43,141 bases of DNA from Cyanophyceae cyanobacterium. Lineage in GTDB: Bacteria; Cyanobacteriota; Cyanobacteriia; Cyanobacteriales; Laspinemataceae. Under the pieces are notes generated by a model, which saw only the letters and a list, made by a program, of their open reading frames with translations, was not told the DNA's origin and searched no databases. The position numbers were made by a program, and so were the translations under genes. The stretch covers positions 1 through 43,141 of the forward strand of contig JBBQFN010000041.1 of assembly GCA_038321985.1 (NCBI GenBank), read 5' to 3'. Below are positions 39,345 to 43,141 of this stretch, piece after piece; position 1 is the stretch's first letter; each line of letters starts with the position of its first letter.

Positions 39345-39485
39345 AGTTCTCAAATCGCCTAAGATTCGGAAGTTGCGCGTTGAAAGTCGCACGGGATAAC
39401 TGGTCATCTGGGCCAATTACAGACCGAGCGACCGCAAACGCATCAACACCGAACCAGTAGCAACAATCATTCGTGATAAAAAACT

Positions 39486-40010
39486 ATGGCAGAACGTCGT
39501 AAAAAAAACGCTCGGACTCGGGAAAAAGAAACAGATTGGCAAGAGCGGGTTGTTCAGATTCGCCGGGTCACCAAGGTCGTTAAAGGTGGTAAAAAACTCA
39601 GCTTCCGGGCGATCGTCGTGGTCGGTAACGAACGCGGTCAAGTCGGAGTTGGGGTAGGTAAAGCCAGTGACGTGATCAGCGCTGTCAAAAAAGGCGTAGC
39701 CGATGGCAAAAAGCACCTGATCGAAGTCCCTCTAACTAAAGCCAATTCCATTCCTCACCGGGTTGATGGCAGTGCAACCGGAGCAAAAGTGATGATGCGT
39801 CCAGCCGCCCCAGGGACTGGGGTAATTGCCGGGGGTGCAGTTCGGACCGTTCTAGAACTAGCCGGAGTTCGCAATATTCTAGCCAAACAGTTGGGTTCTA
39901 ACAATCCTCTGAACAATGCTCGTGCTGCGATCGACGCCCTCACCAGTCTGCGAACATTGTCTGAAGTCGCTGACGAGCGCGGCATTTCTATTGAAAAGCT
40001 CTACGCCTAA
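39486..40010 (+). CDS. rpsE: 30S ribosomal protein S5
   Basis: [21 protein letters not shown]. Confidence 0.99.
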   Translation: MAERRKKNARTREKETDWQERVVQIRRVTKVVKGGKKLSFRAIVVVGNERGQVGVGVGKASDVISAVKKGVADGKKHLIEVPLTKANSIPHRVDGSATGAKVMMRPAAPGTGVIAGGAVRTVLELAGVRNILAKQLGSNNPLNNARAAIDALTSLRTLSEVADERGISIEKLYA

Positions 40011-40059
40011 TCCATCGCATCAGGCTTAACCGCTTAAGTTACAGACACAGGGAAAAAAA

Positions 40060-40515
40060 ATGAGAATACACGAAATAGGACCCAAACCGGGATCTAAAAA
40101 ACGGAAGCGGCGCTTGGCTCGCGGTATTTCTGCCGGTCAAGGGGCTAGTGCTGGTAAAGGGATGAGAGGTCAAAAAGCCAGAGCCGGGGGCAGTACCCGT
40201 CCTGGTTTTGAAGGGGGACAACAGCCCCTGTACCGCCGTCTGCCTAAGCTCAAGCACTTTCCGCTCATCAATCGTAAAGAATACACTACGATTAACGTAA
40301 GTAAATTGGCATCATTAGCCGGTAACAGTGAAGTGACTTTAGCTTCCCTGATGGAAGCAGGCATTATTACCACCAATGATGGGCCGCTGAAAATCTTGGG
40401 AGATGGGGAACTCAATGTTCCACTCAACGTGAAAGCTGCTGCATTTACCGCAGGAGCCCGAGCCAAGATCGAAGCTGCCGGTGGAACTTGTGAAACCAGT
40501 GATGCCAAATCCTAG
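40060..40515 (+). CDS. rplO: 50S ribosomal protein L15
   Basis: [23 protein letters not shown]. Confidence 0.99.
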   Translation: MRIHEIGPKPGSKKRKRRLARGISAGQGASAGKGMRGQKARAGGSTRPGFEGGQQPLYRRLPKLKHFPLINRKEYTTINVSKLASLAGNSEVTLASLMEAGIITTNDGPLKILGDGELNVPLNVKAAAFTAGARAKIEAAGGTCETSDAKS

Positions 40516-40590
40516 GGCGATGTGACCTTTCGGGTATTAACCCAAGATAAGGCTCAGCGCCCCTGCAATGAACAGTAGAGGTACTCCTTA

Positions 40591-41901
40591 ATGGTTGTTA
40601 GTCGAGATAAAGCACCAACCGCTCAGGAGACTTTCATGCAGATGGCTAGAGCAGCGGGCCTGCGAGGTCGGCTGCTCCTCACCATAGGTATGTTGGTTTT
40701 GGTGCGCTTAGGCATTTGGATTCCAGTTCCTGGTATTGATCGGGCGAGATTTCAGGCCAATATTGATGGCAGTCCGCTCATTGGTTTTTTGGACCTGTTT
40801 TCTGGGGGTGGCTTGCGAGCTTTAGGGATTTTTGCCCTAGGGATCCTGCCTTACATTAATGCCTCCATTATTATGCAATTGCTAACCGCTGCTCTCCCTT
40901 CCTTAGAAGATTTGCAGAAAAATGAAGGGGAAGCCGGTCGGCGCAAAATCTCTCAGATTACTCGCTATGTCGCCTTGGGATGGGCTTTGCTGCAAAGTAT
41001 CGGCATTGCTCTGTGGGTTGGCGCTTTTGCCGAGAACCCTGACCCGGGTGTTTTATTTTACGTCCAGACCGCTGTGGCACTGACCACCGGCTCGATGTTT
41101 GTGATGTGGGTCTCTGAGTTGATCACCGAACGAGGGGTGGGTAATGGCGCATCTCTATTGATTTTTGTCAATATTGTGGCGGTTCTGCCTAATTCCTTGG
41201 GTCAAACTTTGGCCCAGGCACGGGAAGACCAAGCGATTGTCGGTCCGGTTTTGATTCTGATGTTGGTCTTTTTAATTACGATTGTTGGGATTGTTTTTGT
41301 CCAAGAAGGGACACGACGAATTCCAATTATTTCAGCGCGTCGTCAGGTTGGGCGGAAGCTTTACCGGGAAAAAAGTAGCTATCTTCCTTTGAGGTTAAAT
41401 CAAGGGGGGGTGATGCCGATCATTTTTGCATCGGCGGTGTTAATTCTGCCGGCTTCTTTGGCTCAATTTACGAAGAATGAGTTGCTGATGACCATTTCGT
41501 CTTATTTGAGTCCGAGTGGTTCAGCGCCTTTGGTTTATGGGGCGTTTTATTTGACGTTAATTCTGTTTTTTAGCTATTTCTACGCGTCATTGATTGTCAA
41601 TCCCGTAGATATGGCTCAAAATTTGAAAAAAATGGGGGCGAGTATTCCGGGGATTCGTCCAGGACGGGCGACGACTGAATATATAGAGCGTGTACTCAAT
41701 CGCTTGACGTTCTTGGGAGCTATTTTTTTGGGGATGGTGGCGATCGTCCCAACTGCTGTAGAAAGTGCGACAGGTGTAAGGACTTTTCAGGGATTTGGAG
41801 CAACTTCATTGCTCATTCTAGTCGGTGTGGCGATCGATACGGCTAAACAAATTCAAACTTATGTGATCTCCCAGCGATATGAAGGAATGGTGAAGCAATA
41901 G
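40591..41901 (+). CDS. secY: Preprotein translocase subunit SecY
   Basis: IFALGILPYINASIIMQLL, GVGNGASLLIF, GVMPIIFA, IPGIRPG, GATSLLILVGVA. Confidence 0.99.
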   Translation: MVVSRDKAPTAQETFMQMARAAGLRGRLLLTIGMLVLVRLGIWIPVPGIDRARFQANIDGSPLIGFLDLFSGGGLRALGIFALGILPYINASIIMQLLTAALPSLEDLQKNEGEAGRRKISQITRYVALGWALLQSIGIALWVGAFAENPDPGVLFYVQTAVALTTGSMFVMWVSELITERGVGNGASLLIFVNIVAVLPNSLGQTLAQAREDQAIVGPVLILMLVFLITIVGIVFVQEGTRRIPIISARRQVGRKLYREKSSYLPLRLNQGGVMPIIFASAVLILPASLAQFTKNELLMTISSYLSPSGSAPLVYGAFYLTLILFFSYFYASLIVNPVDMAQNLKKMGASIPGIRPGRATTEYIERVLNRLTFLGAIFLGMVAIVPTAVESATGVRTFQGFGATSLLILVGVAIDTAKQIQTYVISQRYEGMVKQ

Positions 41902-42458
41902 TGACACGACTAATTTTTTTGGGTCCTCCTGGATCGGGGAAGGGAACTCAGGCTCAGATTCTCTCCCACGCTCATCAGATTCCGCACATTTCAACGGGGG
42001 ATATTTTGAGGGCCGCCGTTGGGGAAAAGACGGATTTGGGCAATCAGGCTAAAGCATATATGGAGCGAGGGGAGTTGGTCCCGGATTCTCTGCTTTTAGA
42101 TCTGGTCCGCGATCGCCTAACTCAACCGGATGCGGTGGAATCGGGGTGGATTCTTGATGGTTTCCCCCGCAATGTCGCTCAAGCGGAATTTTTAGATCAT
42201 CTTCTGGATGATATTCAGCAAGAGTGCAAAGCCGCTATTAGTTTGGAAGTGGCTGATCAACACATTATTGATCGCCTGCAAGGACGAGGACGCAGTGATG
42301 ATGCCCAAGACACCATTACCCGTCGTTTAGAAGTGTATCGCAACCAAACTACTCCGGTGATTGACTATTATCGAGAACGGGGTCGGCTCATTGCTATCGA
42401 TGGTAATTTGCCAATTGATTCGGTTGCCGCCATTCTTAAAAAAGTGGTTACCAGTTGA
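41901..42458 (+). CDS. adk: Adenylate kinase (short-LID type)
   Basis: GPPGSGKGT, HISTGDILR, ILDGFPR, GRSDD; GTG start overlaps secY stop by 1 nt. Confidence 0.97.
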   Translation: MTRLIFLGPPGSGKGTQAQILSHAHQIPHISTGDILRAAVGEKTDLGNQAKAYMERGELVPDSLLLDLVRDRLTQPDAVESGWILDGFPRNVAQAEFLDHLLDDIQQECKAAISLEVADQHIIDRLQGRGRSDDAQDTITRRLEVYRNQTTPVIDYYRERGRLIAIDGNLPIDSVAAILKKVVTS

Positions 42459-42705
42459 GAAAAGGACACCGGGAGATGGGTTTCAAAGGCCGGAGTTACC
42501 CAGTCAGATTACCCGCGATTGGGTGGCAATGACTGGCGTAACTTCCCCCTTGAATTGGGTCTATCGGGCGCTATCTTTGCTAAGATATGTTACGGGCAGC
42601 TGAGTCGGCTACTCGCTAAAAATTTTCGGGAGTGCGATTGACTTCTGAGATCGATGGATCACCCGAGCGCTCCTACTGTATTTCTATCATTGAGGTAAAA
42701 AAAAC

Positions 42706-42930
42706 TTGGCTAAACAAGATCTAATCGAGATGGAAGGTACGGTGACTGAATCCCTACCTAACGCGATGTTTCGGGTAGACCTAGATAATGGGTTTAACGT
42801 GCTCGCCCACATCTCGGGGAAAATTCGCCGGAATTACATCAAAATTCTTCCCGGCGATCGCGTCAAAGTAGAACTGACCCCCTACGACTTAACCAAAGGT
42901 CGCATCACCTACCGTCTTCGTAAGAAGTAA
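42706..42930 (+). CDS. infA: Translation initiation factor IF-1
   Basis: [31 protein letters not shown] start with GAGG Shine-Dalgarno. Confidence 0.98.
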   Translation: MAKQDLIEMEGTVTESLPNAMFRVDLDNGFNVLAHISGKIRRNYIKILPGDRVKVELTPYDLTKGRITYRLRKK

Positions 42931-42985
42931 GGATTATTTCTAGCTTATCCCTAAAAATCCTGATAAAAACAAGTCGGTTCTATTT

Positions 42986-43014
42986 TTGTCATTTCTGACA
43001 AAAATTGATATAAT
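42986..43014 (+). promoter_or_regulatory. Internal promoter for rpmJ and downstream genes
   Basis: TTGTCA-N17-TATAAT with extended TG. Confidence 0.7.
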
Positions 43015-43043
43015 ATGAAGTTTGTAGCGCTGCTCAAAGAGAA

Positions 43044-43141
43044 ATGAAAGTTCGAGCATCCGTCAAGAAGATTTGCGAGAAGTGCCGCGTCATTCGTCGT
43101 CGCGGTCGAGTCATGGTGATTTGTTCCAATCCAAAGCACAA
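43044..43141 (+). CDS. rpmJ: 50S ribosomal protein L36 (truncated by window end; not in ORF track)
   Basis: Manual translation [32 protein letters not shown]; Zn-binding C+ form. Confidence 0.97.
   Translation, partial: MKVRASVKKICEKCRVIRRRGRVMVICSNPKH

Noticed and set aside
31114..40508. Many minus-strand and alternate-frame ORFs across ribosomal protein genes
   Set aside because: They overlap unambiguous conserved genes; shadow ORFs
31177..43141. Absence of rpsJ, rpsN, rpmD and map from the cluster
   Set aside because: Normal cyanobacterial organisation

Overview
Chromosomal window from a cyanobacterium. The very frequent HIP1 octamer GCGATCGC, ndhN, ldpA, a cyanobacteriochrome GAF and the r-protein gene order support this; a filamentous Oscillatoriales-like host is an inference. 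Left part (1-22.8 kb): Tat-signal peroxiredoxin Q, class II fructose-bisphosphate aldolase, tRNA-Lys(UUU), aldose epimerase, CapA-family protein, an outer-membrane beta-barrel, a methyltransferase and HAD pair, and tRNA-Ala(CGC). Next is an N-II-type polar amino-acid ABC transporter cluster (natF/natG/natH/bgtA-like) interleaved with a glutathionyl-hydroquinone reductase, a stand-alone DXCF cyanobacteriochrome and a SemiSWEET, then a radical SAM enzyme, small proteins and an orphan multi-PAS/GAF histidine kinase. Middle (22.9-30.4 kb): Ycf45-like AAA/R3H protein, ldpA, a coiled-coil protein, a GUN4-like domain protein, three tandem vWA paralogues and ndhN. Right (31.2-43.1 kb): the ribosomal protein operon rplC to secY-adk-infA-rpmJ (truncated). 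The three strongest leads are (1) a ~470-nt, multi-domain, extensively base-paired 5' leader between a clear sigma70-type promoter and rplC, (2) an output-less DXCF photoreceptor inside the amino-acid ABC operon, and (3) the 3x vWA / GUN4-like / coiled-coil block between ndhN and ldpA. No CRISPR array, transposase, integrase or rRNA was seen. All calls come from reading the sequence by eye; no searches or folding programs were run.
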